Shown: piece after piece, positions 11,401 through 20,187 of the stretch
Layout of the letters: each line of letters begins with the position of its first letter
Numbering within the stretch: position 1 is the stretch's first letter
NCBI GenBank assembly: GCA_965203465.1
Contig: CBDBCR010000004.1
Location: 1-64,000, forward strand
DNA length: 64,000 bases
DNA from: Nitrosopumilaceae archaeon
Lineage (GTDB): Archaea > Thermoproteota > Nitrososphaeria > Nitrososphaerales > Nitrosopumilaceae
Direction of reading: 5' to 3'
Notes under the pieces: generated by a model
What the model was told of the DNA's origin: nothing
What the model saw: only the letters and a program-made list of their open reading frames with translations
The model's database searches: none
Made by a program: the position numbers and the translations under genes

Positions 11401-14400
11401 ATCCGGGCGCTCGGCGTACACGCCCGTGGAGACGGCCGCGGTCTCTGCGTCGCTGGTAAGGGACGGCATGGCCTATTCGGGCGAGGCAAGAAAGGTGGTA
11501 AACTACGATCCGTCCTACGAGTATTCGGTCCCGGCCGTCACGCGGTTCCACAGCCTCTGGGGCGTCGAGGACGTCGCCACCTACACGGTGGACGGCGACG
11601 AACTCGTGCGTGCCCTGTTTTCGGGCAGCTGGGAGACCGTCAGGTACGATCCGCGCACCGAGACTGCACACCTGTCGGGCAGGGTGGGATCGCCCGAGAC
11701 GGCGCCGGCCGCCGTGAACCTGCGCGGCTCGGTCGGCACGTTCGCCGTGGCGGCGTCGGCTTCCGACGACGGGATCCAGATAGTAAACATCACCGACCCG
11801 TACGCGCCGCGCCAGGCCTCGTACGTGGCAGACAACCGCTCGCCTGCCTACGGCTGCGCCTTCCCGACGGTCCACGCAAGCCTTCTGCTCCACTGCGTGA
11901 ACCTGGCCGGCACCCCGGGGCTGAGCCCGCTGACCGAGCTCGACGGCGCAAAGTCGGTCGACATCGCAAAGATAGGGGGCCGCACGTACGCCGTCGTGGC
12001 CGGCAAGGTGGACAACGGCGTGCAGATGATAGACATCACGGATCCGGTAAACCCGCAGACCGCCGACTCTGCGGACGACACCGACTGGGCCGCCGGCATC
12101 CACCCGCTGGTCTCCCCCAACGACCTGGCCGTCTTTTCGTCCGGGGGCAAGACGTACGTGGCGGTGGCAGCAGAGTACGGCGGCGGCTCCCTTGGCGCCG
12201 TCACCGTGCTGGACATCAGCGATCCGGCCCTGATACGGCCCGGCTCGCTAATCGAGGCCGGCGCGCGGGACGGCGACGGGAGGGAATACGATTCGGTAGA
12301 GTCGCCGGTCAGCATCGACACTTTCGAGTCCGGCGGCTCTGCGTACGCGATCGTCTCGGCGTACGACGCAGGCTTTGACTCGGCGGTCCAGATCATCGAC
12401 CTTTCGGATCCGGCCGCCCCCAAGCGGGCCTCCTCGATAACAGGCCAGATGCTCGACAGGGACGGGCGCGCCTTCGCCGACTTTGCGATCGAGACGCCCG
12501 GACAGGTGCGCGCGTTTTCGGCAAGCGGCGTGCCACACGCCCTGCTTGCATACTCGGACACGCTCCAGATAGTGAACCTGGCCGATCCGTACGCGCCGCG
12601 CTCGGCCGGCGCCGTAACGGGGGGGCCGGGCCCGTTCAGCGGCCTGCTCGACGTAAAGGGGGTGGACGTGGTGCAGGCCGGCGGACGGGTGCTGGCCGCC
12701 GCGACGGCCGGCTCCGGCGACGGGCTGTTTTTGATAGACATAACCGATCCGCGATCCCCGCAGCGCTTGGCGTACGTGCGCGACGGCCAGACCGATCCGG
12801 CCGGCGCCCGCGTCGCGCTGGCCGCGCCTCTGGGCGTCTCGCTCTCCGTCATCGACGGGCGTCTGTACGCCTCGGTGGCCTCTTCGCAGGACCGCGCGGA
12901 GGCGCCGGGCCAGGGCGGCGCGCTGGCCATCTTTGATCTTACAGAGCCTGCAGGGCTGGGAAGCGCCAGGACCGTCACGATCGGCGCGCTGGCCCCGCTT
13001 ACCGGCCCGGTCTCGCCGCTGGGCCTGCACTGGGAGGCGGCCATGAAGGCGGCGGCCGCCGATCTCAACGCCGAGCTGGAAGCGCAGGGCGCGGACTGGC
13101 GCGCGGCGCTGGACGTGCGGGACACGGAGGGGCGGCCCTCCGAGGCTCTCGCGCAGCTCGTAAGCCTGGACATGCTGGGCGTAAAGGCGGTCGTCGGGCC
13201 GGCCACCTCGGCCAACCTGGCGCAGGTAAAGCAGTACGCCGAGGACAGGGGCATCACGCTGATAAGCTACGGCTCGACTGCGCCCTCGCTGCCCGAGGAC
13301 AACCGGCAGTTCGGCCGCGCCCTGTGGGACGCGGTTCCGACCGGGGCGCATTCGCTCGCAGAGGCCGACGGCATATTCCGGACGGCCCCGCCCGACGCGC
13401 TGGCCGGCTCGTTCGCAGCCGAGCAGCTGGCCAAGGCGGGCAAGACGCACGTCACCATAATATTCCGGGACGATCCGTGGGAGCGCGCGCTGGCCGAGCA
13501 GATACGCGACGAGTTCGCCGTAGGATCCCGCACGGCCGCCTTGGTCCCGCACCAGACGCCCGTCGCCGACCCGGCGGCGCTCGCCGCCGCCATGGCGGCG
13601 GCGCACAAGACGGGCAACTCGGCGGTGCTGACCCTCGAGTTCAGCACCGACGCCCTGACGGTAATATCGGCGGCCATCGGCGCCTCGTCGGCGCCGTCGG
13701 CCTCCCCGGCCGCCCGGGCACTCGGAACGTCGCAGTGGTTCGGCATGGTGGGCCTCGACGACGCCGTCTCGCACCCGCTCACCGAGCGCGGCGTGGAGCT
13801 GCTCCGGCTGGCAGCCTCGGGCACCTCGACGCTCGAGACCATACTGGACAGGGACCGCATAAGGGCGGTGGCGGCGCAGCTCGCGTCCTCGAGCCCGTCG
13901 GCAGAGGCCGCGCCGTTCCGCGCGGCGTACTCTGCCACCGTCGGGCTGTCCGCCTCGGGCCCCATCTCGGCCGAGGCCATAATAGCGCAGTCCGAGCGCG
14001 TGATAGAATTCGTCTCGCAGACCCGGTACACGCTGATAGAAGAGGTGCCCGACACGGACCACCCGTCGTTCGCGCGCGTCACCGGCTCCATCTCGTCGAT
14101 GCTGGCCGACGAGCACGGCCAATTCGGCGTGCCGACGTACGCCGCCTACGACGCGGTCCGGTTGCTGGGCAGGGCCATGACGCAGTCGAGCTCGCTCGAG
14201 GCGGGCCAGCTGCGCTCGGCCATACCGGCGGCCGCCGACGGGCACCGCGGCCTGGCCGGCGACGGCACGCTCGACGCCAACGGGGACCTGGCTGCCGCGG
14301 AGTTCGAGCTCGCGCAGGTGCGCGGCGGCCAAGCCGTGAAGATACCGCACTACGAGCTGCCGCTGACGATAAGCCGGTTCGAGGTCTCGTCTCGCCACGC

Positions 14401-16585
14401 GTCGGGCCTGGCTTCGGACGGGACCGCCGTGGACGTATCGTTCGAATCCATGGAAGAGTTCTCCTTCGAAAGCCTGAGGATAAACGGCCGCGACGCGTTC
14501 GTCTCGGCGAGCAGCTCGACGGGGGTCACGGCGGGGTGGCTCGCGCGCGGCTCGGACGCCGACGGGCCGCTGGAGATAGCGCTGGGCATCACGGTGGACG
14601 GGATACGGGCGACGCTGGGCGCGCGGCACCTGACGGGCCCCAACGTGGCAGTCGACAACACGCCGCCGCAGCTCGAGTACGCCGCGCTGGTCGGGCAGCG
14701 CACCCTGGCGCTCTTTTACTCCGAGCCGGTGGAGACCTCGGCTCCGGACTATGCGTCGTTTTCGTACGGCTCTTCGTCGGCCCCGGCGGCCTCTTCGGTG
14801 CGCGGCTCGGGGACCGCCTCGGTCCTGGCGATGCTGGGCCCGTCCGACGATCCGATGGAGCCGGGCATGCGCATAATCTTTTCAGTCTCGGGCGTGGCAG
14901 ACAGGGCCGGAAACGCGCTGTCCAACGCCGGCGCGCAGTCGCTGGTTCCGGCGGACACGCGCGACGGGACGGTGGTGCTGCGTGACACCGCGCGCGACGG
15001 GCGCGCCCAGCTCGAGATTCCAGCCGATTCGCTGGTAAGGACGGTGGTGGCCCCGCAGCCCATAGCGCTGGACGCCTCGCTGCTGCCCAGCCCCGCGCCG
15101 GCCGACGCGCGCGTGGCCTCGGCCGGCGGAAGCACGGCCGAATTCGCCTCCGGCCTGTCGGTGCGCATCGGCTCGGTCACCGTGGTGCTGCCGGCAGGCC
15201 TCCAGGTGGGCGGGCTGCCCGCGGACCGCACGCTGCGCATGTCCGCGCCGAGTTCGGCCGTCCCGTCCGAGGACTATGTGACCGATTCCGGGCTGGATTC
15301 GTCGCGGTACGCCACCCTGGTGGAGGTGGGCGATCGGGCCGGGCGCGTCGAGCTGTCGCTGCCGGCCCGCATAGAGTTCGGCTCGCTCGAGGATCTGGTC
15401 TTCGTGGTGAGCGGCGGGCGGACCCTCGCGGTACAAGAGTGCTCGGGCCTGACGGCCTCGTCCCCGCTGGCCGCGGTGGCCGCGCATCTGGCCTCGCTGG
15501 AGGGCTCGGACCGGACCGACGCGGGCTCTTGCTACGTGCGGGAGGGCTCGGCTGTCTGGACCAACCACTTTTCGGCGTGGGGCACCGGATCCGCGCTGCA
15601 GCGCGGCGGCTCGGAGTGCGACGACTGCACCCCGCCGACGCTCGGGCTGGATTCGTACGGGACAAAGCTGGTCGACGGAGGCTTTTCGTACAACGGCCTG
15701 TCCTCGGACGTGGCGTACTTTTTCACCCCGTACCCGCTGATCGAATCCGAGGTGGGGAAACAAAACACCGTGGTACTAAAGATGTACGAAAACGAGGGGC
15801 CGGGCAACGTAGAGCACGTCTCGCTCGCATTCGGCCTGCGCTCCGGCGAGGTCATATCGGAGAGCAGGGCGGTCATAAACTACGACATTTCGTTCGACGG
15901 GAACGGCTCGGTCTCGGTCATAGATCCGGATGGCGCCATCGACATCGACACGCTGTCGGCCTCGCACGACGTGGCAGAATGCTCGCCGGGCTCTTCGCTC
16001 GAGTGCCTCTCCGTTACGATAACCCACATGTTCAGGGCCCCTCTCGAGTTCGACATCGTCGGGACCGACGTGTGGGACAGGGAGAGGAATTCGTGGCAAA
16101 ACTACTACAACCACGGCATACACGTCTCGGGCGAGCCGCTCGACCCGCAGCCCGGGGTGCCGGTCAACGGGGGCGATCTCGTGCTGTACCCGGTATCCTC
16201 GGACACCGACGTGATGATGGACGCCGGCGGCCACCTGTTCAAGCTCTCGCCGGAAGGCGACTACGTGCCTCTGTCCAACCAGTCGAGGCTGTACCACGAC
16301 ATCGACGAATCGATGTACCTGTACGACGGCGTCCCGATGCAGGGCTACGACCGCTCCGATCCGCAGTTCCGCGACTACCTGTACGCGCAGGTGCTCTCCG
16401 CCCAGCAAGTTTTGGATTCCATGATGCCTCCGTCAGAAGCAGGCGAGCCTGTCGCGGAACCGGCGGCGCCCGACCGCGGGGCCGCAGAGCAGCGCCTGCG
16501 CGAGGCCGTATTGGCCGAGCAGCGCAGGGCCGCGCTGCTCTTCGAGGAGCTGTTCGGGTACCAGCGCATCAACGGGCAGGACTGA
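5456..16585 (+). CDS. Giant (3709 aa) multidomain cell-surface protein / putative adhesin
   Basis: Signal peptide. More than ten ~125-aa beta-rich repeats (D-T-x-x-P-x-x-x-S-A-A-L-D-E-x-T-G-x-L-T-L-T-F-D-E-S-V). LVIVD-like repeats (IQIVNITDP, VQMIDITDP, VQIIDLSDP). An embedded type 1 solute-binding domain (TIGALAPLTG...VVGPATS...AYDAVRLL). C-terminal CDDCTPPTLGLD domain. Confidence 0.92.
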   Translation: MRTTAVWWLAVVIVLVAAASALPGAEATTPTLTSNAMDLRNDGTWAATLTLTFNTNVKVHTSVDDTLNDITAEGQKGASLQISGATVKVFFLPPAEETLRRADHDIDVSITSTAIRSTDTSTAYGGVTNSRATTTQDSVGPKVASAALDRDGGVLYIVTDESIAYGDYNVASANGGDARVQQIAGVGYVLQYGTSFENVTKYHVRDGATASGGVTMASSNNPSVHRTPTHEIRFTLSSSQLATVTGYTSPHLHMDAGALTGIGSQYQLDNAAVSRAENAAIAKAINYIPRATAAELTVATRALSVTFDESVTKSSGTFYIRNSATGAYAASTDVAGTLSTVSGTAGSATLSASDVTKVQGMATPHLHVNAGAVTDGGGADNLKKAVALTITSPGPALSGATLDENTRTLTLTMDRTAKSGDADVTQSNILIRDGAGTSGGTALTGSTVSSTGNSATVTLTLTPAQVATVTGYAAPHVYLKAGAVKNTSDQANVLSATSVALGIYPALESAVVDLNNFSTGSGQNTSYYAGKLALKFNVDVGVSTSDADTLPKITVREADNSPTLTLDTDASIISSSSTVEIGLSNAQKEAVRAMSGNLEVLIGANAFKSDTGSLALPAVGDGALSIPSASVTPDTTRPAITSVSLDGESGLLTLNFDELVQADPADINLSHMQLYYPQRGNFHLGDLLAGYAALSTPCVPAPCPQGGSAVTSSGDSTAVTVQLSEEHRKRAIALIDPQYWIQHQESIKDTSGNFTPSAVFGGASYTPDTNAPTLVTAAPNGPELDEGSGILTLTFSESVKDGSNVDLTQIFIAGSTAASGGTALSVLGDASEVTSTSDTDSAITVKLREPARQAAIGHTTPYVYFASGAVVDLSNQTLAASTAAAEITDTADDDPPTVESAALDEGTGILTITFNETVDVSSASSNGASFELREGASATDNLASEVVLSDGEIQSGQSDGLTLVFELDEDSRRGAIALSDPYLYVAAGAITDTITPTGNGIAAITQTTGGVEIADTDDDDGPEVEEAALNEGTGVLTITFDEQVDISSASSSGASFELRDGASAPSGQAGNVVLSDGEIRQGQSDGLEFVFELDEDSRQGAIALAAPYLYIAAGAIDDTIAPTGIAENLVGTVADITRDTVKPEVVSAALNEETGLLAITFDETVDVGSATAASFQIRDGPGSASGSAGEIVLSASEVQAQQSDGTALNFELSEASRRGAIDLGDPYLYVSADAINDAVTMANSGIAPNGIAVASADIVETADTTAPSLSTAALDEETGILTLTFDESVKDGQGVELDRIFIGDGAFSSGGEPLTGSTVTSSDATTDAAVTIGLTETLRKASIGYADPHVRLAEGAVRDVSDQDIAASGSSTIADTPDTTPPTISATDGPILHEPAGVLTVVFSESVQDGDDVDLTKIFVNDGPFTTGGTALTSSSGTSTMRSTEDTDSEILVTLHETLRLAVIAYTTPHLRFDSGAVKDLSGQAIVASASSTAIGEVTDLTPPVVSSAALNEETGILTLTFNESIDVSTADGAKFSLREGAGASAGSSGELVLSNAQVRPGQSDGTAFVFELSEASRLAAINLGDPRLYVSEGAIEDDSLNRIAANTAGIDVSQTLDATDPALLASGPGRPTLDEATGVLTLTFGESVKETADLAKIRIRDGPGTGGTALTGSEITSAHIDAVVAVDLSEALRKEAIGYADPHVVLESGAVVDLSDRGVAASAAQISDRPDLIAPSLSSAALDEATGILTLTFDESVKDGQTDLSKIRLNDGRFNAGGTALTGSAVTSTQDTDPLVTVQLTETLRQIAIGYATPHVRLESGAARDLSDQGAEASADSTAVSDAPDPSVQPRIRSAEAASAYTVRVSFNLPLTGAGPAGSWSVGDNAAVSVRVPTERVGTLIYVGDDMGQVPAVLSGDLVSVGGGYYRVTTADISARAVFYAYVTFGSPVEAGQSISYSQPPDPSGVADFDGRDLAAQSVQISGRSAYTPVETAAVSASLVRDGMAYSGEARKVVNYDPSYEYSVPAVTRFHSLWGVEDVATYTVDGDELVRALFSGSWETVRYDPRTETAHLSGRVGSPETAPAAVNLRGSVGTFAVAASASDDGIQIVNITDPYAPRQASYVADNRSPAYGCAFPTVHASLLLHCVNLAGTPGLSPLTELDGAKSVDIAKIGGRTYAVVAGKVDNGVQMIDITDPVNPQTADSADDTDWAAGIHPLVSPNDLAVFSSGGKTYVAVAAEYGGGSLGAVTVLDISDPALIRPGSLIEAGARDGDGREYDSVESPVSIDTFESGGSAYAIVSAYDAGFDSAVQIIDLSDPAAPKRASSITGQMLDRDGRAFADFAIETPGQVRAFSASGVPHALLAYSDTLQIVNLADPYAPRSAGAVTGGPGPFSGLLDVKGVDVVQAGGRVLAAATAGSGDGLFLIDITDPRSPQRLAYVRDGQTDPAGARVALAAPLGVSLSVIDGRLYASVASSQDRAEAPGQGGALAIFDLTEPAGLGSARTVTIGALAPLTGPVSPLGLHWEAAMKAAAADLNAELEAQGADWRAALDVRDTEGRPSEALAQLVSLDMLGVKAVVGPATSANLAQVKQYAEDRGITLISYGSTAPSLPEDNRQFGRALWDAVPTGAHSLAEADGIFRTAPPDALAGSFAAEQLAKAGKTHVTIIFRDDPWERALAEQIRDEFAVGSRTAALVPHQTPVADPAALAAAMAAAHKTGNSAVLTLEFSTDALTVISAAIGASSAPSASPAARALGTSQWFGMVGLDDAVSHPLTERGVELLRLAASGTSTLETILDRDRIRAVAAQLASSSPSAEAAPFRAAYSATVGLSASGPISAEAIIAQSERVIEFVSQTRYTLIEEVPDTDHPSFARVTGSISSMLADEHGQFGVPTYAAYDAVRLLGRAMTQSSSLEAGQLRSAIPAAADGHRGLAGDGTLDANGDLAAAEFELAQVRGGQAVKIPHYELPLTISRFEVSSRHASGLASDGTAVDVSFESMEEFSFESLRINGRDAFVSASSSTGVTAGWLARGSDADGPLEIALGITVDGIRATLGARHLTGPNVAVDNTPPQLEYAALVGQRTLALFYSEPVETSAPDYASFSYGSSSAPAASSVRGSGTASVLAMLGPSDDPMEPGMRIIFSVSGVADRAGNALSNAGAQSLVPADTRDGTVVLRDTARDGRAQLEIPADSLVRTVVAPQPIALDASLLPSPAPADARVASAGGSTAEFASGLSVRIGSVTVVLPAGLQVGGLPADRTLRMSAPSSAVPSEDYVTDSGLDSSRYATLVEVGDRAGRVELSLPARIEFGSLEDLVFVVSGGRTLAVQECSGLTASSPLAAVAAHLASLEGSDRTDAGSCYVREGSAVWTNHFSAWGTGSALQRGGSECDDCTPPTLGLDSYGTKLVDGGFSYNGLSSDVAYFFTPYPLIESEVGKQNTVVLKMYENEGPGNVEHVSLAFGLRSGEVISESRAVINYDISFDGNGSVSVIDPDGAIDIDTLSASHDVAECSPGSSLECLSVTITHMFRAPLEFDIVGTDVWDRERNSWQNYYNHGIHVSGEPLDPQPGVPVNGGDLVLYPVSSDTDVMMDAGGHLFKLSPEGDYVPLSNQSRLYHDIDESMYLYDGVPMQGYDRSDPQFRDYLYAQVLSAQQVLDSMMPPSEAGEPVAEPAAPDRGAAEQRLREAVLAEQRRAALLFEELFGYQRINGQD

Positions 16586-16967
16586 CAGGATCCTGGCCGT
16601 GCGCGCCCGGGCGAGGCGGCCGCCGGGCCGGAAAACGCCGCGCCGGAGCAATTCTATCCTGGTACTTTGGGCGCGGGCTGGGGGGACGCACCCGAGCGGC
16701 GTCGCACGCGCCGCGCCCGGGAATGTGCCCGCAGGCCGGGCCGCAAGGGAGCTCCGCCCGTCGCGATCCGGCGCCTGATCGAGTACCGCGCGGCCGAGCA
16801 GGGCCGAGGGCTCGGCAGGATCGTGACCCGCGCTCTGGCTTGGCGCTGGCGGGCCTGCACGCCCGCGGCGAGTTTTGCCGGTGCTCGTCGGAGTCTTGGC
16901 CGCTTGTTGGAAGCTGCATGTTGACAGTTACCGAAAGTTTATTTGCTGCCAGACGACAACCACCGAC

Positions 16968-17216
16968 ATGGCCGAGGCCCGGATGTCTGACGAATCTCTG
17001 GATGGCCCACAGGCCAAAAGCCAGCCCGCAGAGGCGGATATGGAACTGGTCAGCTTGCTTGACGGGGAGGAGGACGACGAATCTATAGAGCGGGATATTT
17101 TGGACGCCAAGGAGGCGAGGAAAGAGTTCGAGGAAGGTCGGTGCGTGCCACACGAGGAAGTCAAGCGAAGATATAGACATGACATGGCGAGCAGAGTGGA
17201 CGGACAGGGCACGTAA
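16968..17216 (+). CDS. Putative antitoxin of a type II TA pair
   Basis: Small acidic protein containing EARKEFEEGRCVPHEEVKRRY; overlaps the RelE gene. Start uncertain (ATG 16968 or 16983). Confidence 0.7.
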   Translation: MAEARMSDESLDGPQAKSQPAEADMELVSLLDGEEDDESIERDILDAKEARKEFEEGRCVPHEEVKRRYRHDMASRVDGQGT

Positions 17217-17430
17217 AGATCTGGGCAGACTTGCCAGCGGCGACGGCGAGCGCATCCTTGACGCACTCGATTGTATTTTGGAGGATCCTGCGACAAAATT
17301 GGACAGGTTGGTGAACTCTTGTCTTTACAAGTGCAGGGTCGGCAATTACCGTATCGTAGTAAACGTGATATTCGAGCGGCGTGTCGTGCTGGTAACAAGA
17401 GTCAAAAAGCGCTCTAGGGCGTATGGGTGA
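17179..17430 (+). CDS. relE: RelE/ParE family toxin
   Basis: 83 aa; WTDRARKDLGRL...LYKCRVGNYRIV...VKKRSRAY. Confidence 0.85.
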   Translation: MTWRAEWTDRARKDLGRLASGDGERILDALDCILEDPATKLDRLVNSCLYKCRVGNYRIVVNVIFERRVVLVTRVKKRSRAYG

Positions 17431-17814
17431 CCCGCGCCGCAAAAAACGCGTCCGCGCCCGGCCTGCGCTCCCGGCCAAACCAAAGTTCCGCCAGCGGGCA
17501 ATTTCCGATCGCAAACGCGGCCAGGCGTGCAAAACGACGGCATGATCCAAACGGCCGGCGCGCCGGGTTAGCGCAGCCGGGCGCGCCCGCGCCGGCGCGG
17601 CTGCCCGGATCCGGGCCGCGCATGCGCCAGCCCGGCGCCGATGCGCGCGGCGGTGCCGCCAAGACCTTCATGCGGGCCCGAGGCCGCCGGGCGGGCCGGC
17701 GCGGGCCCGGAGCAGAAAGGCGGCCCGCCTCTGCGGGCGCACCGAAGGCCGCCCTGCGAGGGATCTTGCGGCGCGGCGCAGTAGTTAAATCGGCGCCGGG
17801 CGCGCGGCGCCGCG

Positions 17815-18630
17815 TTGAAGCCTCTCCGGTCGGGCAAGGTAAAGGACGTCTACGAGCACGGGGAGGGCCTGCTCTTCGAGTTCAGCGACCGCGTCTCGGC
17901 CTTTGACGTGCCGTTCGCAGAAAGGATACCCGGCAAGGGGGAGTCGCTGTGCTCGTTCGCCCAGTTCTGGTTCGAGAACCTGCCGGTCAGGAACCACTTC
18001 GTCAGGCGCGTCTCCAAGACCGGCATGCTGGTCGAAAAGCTGGACATGATACCGGTAGAGTGCGTCGTGAGGGGCTACCTGTACGGCAGCCTGGCCGAGC
18101 GGTGCAAAAGGGGCCTTGCGGATCTGCCGCCCGGATCTTCGGGCGAGCTTGCCTCCAGGCTGCCCTCCCCGGTATTCGATCCCACGACAAAGGCCGAGCA
18201 CGACGAGCCGATCACGAAAAAAGAGGCCGTCGAATCGGGCAGGATCTCCGAAGAGACGTTCGGCCTGCTCGAATCGGAGTCGCTGCGCATATACGGGCAC
18301 GTCAGCCGCGTCTGCGCCGGCGCGGGGTTCATCGCGGCCGACCTGAAACTGGAGTTCGGCCTCGACGCGGGAGGAAAGCCGGTGCTAGCCGACTCCATCG
18401 GGCCCGACGAGTTCCGGCTCTGGCCCGCCGACCTGTACGAGCCGGGCAGGACGCAAGAGTCGTACGACAAGCAGGTGCTGCGCGACTGGCTCGTATCGGA
18501 GGGGCACGCGGCGCGCTTCGAGGCAGAGCGCGCGGCAGGAAAGGCGCCGGCGCCGCCGGCCATCCCGCCGTGGCTCGTATCCAAGATGGCCGGGCGCTAC
18601 TCCGAGGCGTACTCTAGGATCTGCACCTGA
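17815..18630 (+). CDS. purC: SAICAR synthase
   Basis: SGKVKDVY, FSDRVSAFD, IPVECVVRGYLYGS, ADLKLEFG, DEFRLW and SYDKQVLRDW motifs. Confidence 0.97.
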   Translation: MKPLRSGKVKDVYEHGEGLLFEFSDRVSAFDVPFAERIPGKGESLCSFAQFWFENLPVRNHFVRRVSKTGMLVEKLDMIPVECVVRGYLYGSLAERCKRGLADLPPGSSGELASRLPSPVFDPTTKAEHDEPITKKEAVESGRISEETFGLLESESLRIYGHVSRVCAGAGFIAADLKLEFGLDAGGKPVLADSIGPDEFRLWPADLYEPGRTQESYDKQVLRDWLVSEGHAARFEAERAAGKAPAPPAIPPWLVSKMAGRYSEAYSRICT

Positions 18631-18780
18631 GGCGCCTGCCGCCCGGACAGGACCCGCGCGCTCGCGCCCGCCGACTCGAATATGCGGGCAGCTCCCCCTT
18701 GGCTGCCCGGCGCCCGCCCGCCCCGCCCGGGGGGGGGGGGAGGAGGGCGGCCGGGCCCCCGATCCGGGCGGTACGACAGG

Positions 18781-18940
18781 ATTTGCATCGATGCCAAACC
18801 TATGATATTGCTATCAAACTAATAACAGCAATACTAGAGTTATGATATTGCTATCAAATTTATAGTATTGACTACAAAATAATAGTGTTAATATCAAAAA
18901 TATGATAGTGCTACGATCTGTATGGTACTGAGTGCGAGAC
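18781..18940. repeat. AT-rich array of about 8 degenerate palindromic sites with exact 20-bp spacing
   Basis: TATGATATTGCTATCAAA is identical at 18801 and 18841. Related units start at 18821 (inverted), 18861, 18881, 18901 and 18921, with a weaker one at 18781. Core TGATA-N4-TATCA. Confidence 0.8.
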
Positions 18941-19088
18941 TGACGGCAGCGGCGGCAAAAGCGCGGGGCCGCTCCGATCCTGGCCGGGCCGCTCCGATGC
19001 GCGCAGGATTGGTCAAAACTATTGGAGCCCGGGCGAAACAAAGTTGACAACACGCCCTTTTAACCCCCGCCGGCGAGGGCAGGATCAA

Positions 19089-19610
19089 ATGTCGACGCTG
19101 CTTGAAAAGCCGGTCAAGGTGAGCAGGGTGGTGGCAACCAGCGCCAGCCACGCGCGGGCCATAGACGATCCCATCCGCGCCAAGATGCTGGCCATACTGT
19201 ACCGCAAGGAGCTCAACGCCGAGCAGATAGCCAAGGAACTGGGAAGGGCAGGCTACAAAAAGGCGCTGACGACCACGCGGCACCACCTGGAGATACTGCG
19301 CTCGGCCGGCCTCGTGGATGTGGTGCGCATCGAGGAGGCGCGCGGGGCCATCACAAAGTACTACGGCGCGGCGGTCAGGCTGCTCGACTGCCCGCTGCCC
19401 GACGACTTTGAGTCGAGGTACTCGGCGCAGATAGAGAGCGCCCAGGACAAGGTGCGCGGGATGCTGAGGCAGATCCCAAAGACAGAGCCCCCAAAGGGCA
19501 AGAGCGCCTCGGAATACCGCCAGTACCTGCTGCTCGAGATAGTCGGGAGGGCGGTGGCCAACGTGCTGGAAGCCGAACGCGGGGACAAAAAGGCGGCCGA
19601 CAAAAAGTAG
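19089..19610 (+). CDS. ArsR-like winged-helix transcriptional regulator
   Basis: AIDDPIRAKMLAIL...TTTRHHLEILRSAGLV...RGAITKYY; TTTTAA box about 30 bp upstream. Confidence 0.88.
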   Translation: MSTLLEKPVKVSRVVATSASHARAIDDPIRAKMLAILYRKELNAEQIAKELGRAGYKKALTTTRHHLEILRSAGLVDVVRIEEARGAITKYYGAAVRLLDCPLPDDFESRYSAQIESAQDKVRGMLRQIPKTEPPKGKSASEYRQYLLLEIVGRAVANVLEAERGDKKAADKK

Positions 19611-19654
19611 CGGGGGGCCGCTGCGCCCCGGCCTATCCGCGGGGGAGGGTGCGC

Positions 19655-20101
19655 TCAGCAGTTGGCGATGCACACCTTGGCCAGGTCAGAGGAGGCCTGC
19701 TCCTTGGTGGGCCTTATCATCAGCACGTACTCGAAACCCTCGTCAAAGCCGCCCTGCAGCGGAAAGTACGCGGTTATCTGCCCGCCCTCGCCGAACTCGC
19801 CGTGGCTCGGCTGCGTGGGCGGGGGCGACTTGTCCACCAGGCCGAACTGCTGCCTGCCGACCGGGGCCGGATCGCCGCCGGGCCCGCGCGCGTCTATCGA
19901 GACCTTGGCAAAGACCGTCCCTGGGGGATCGCCCTCTTCTGTCCCCTGGTAGGCCACCGCGTACGTGTTGGGCCCGACGCGAACGCGCTCGCCGGCCGAT
20001 GCGGTGACTATCTCGGGCTTGTAGTCCATGAAAAACACCATGGCCACGGACATCGAGGCCACCACGGCCGCCGCTACGGCTATCACGGCCAGGCTCGCCA
20101 T
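19655..20101 (-). CDS. Membrane-anchored small beta-sandwich protein (DUF4352-like)
   Basis: N-terminal hydrophobic helix MASLAVIAVAAAVVASMSVAMVFF followed by an Ig-like beta pattern. The upstream part of the long ORF overlaps another gene and is spurious. Confidence 0.6.
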   Translation of the reverse strand: MASLAVIAVAAAVVASMSVAMVFFMDYKPEIVTASAGERVRVGPNTYAVAYQGTEEGDPPGTVFAKVSIDARGPGGDPAPVGRQQFGLVDKSPPPTQPSHGEFGEGGQITAYFPLQGGFDEGFEYVLMIRPTKEQASSDLAKVCIANC

Positions 20102-20142
20102 GCCAGGACGCAGAACATGCCGTATATGTTGGAAACGCCCCC

Positions 20143-20164
20143 TTTCTAAATTCGAATTCAGAAA
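20143..20164. promoter_or_regulatory. 22-bp palindrome, copy 1 (one mismatch)
   Basis: TTTCTAAATTCGAATTCAGAAA, about 40 bp upstream of the minus-strand start at 20101. Confidence 0.6.
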
Positions 20165-20187
20165 GGGCGCCGAACCGGCGGCCCGGC

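Noticed and set aside
5750-16651. Long antisense and alternate-frame ORFs over the giant gene and TPR genes
   Set aside because: These are shadow ORFs typical of high-GC coding DNA: Arg/Gly/Pro-rich with no recognisable motifs.
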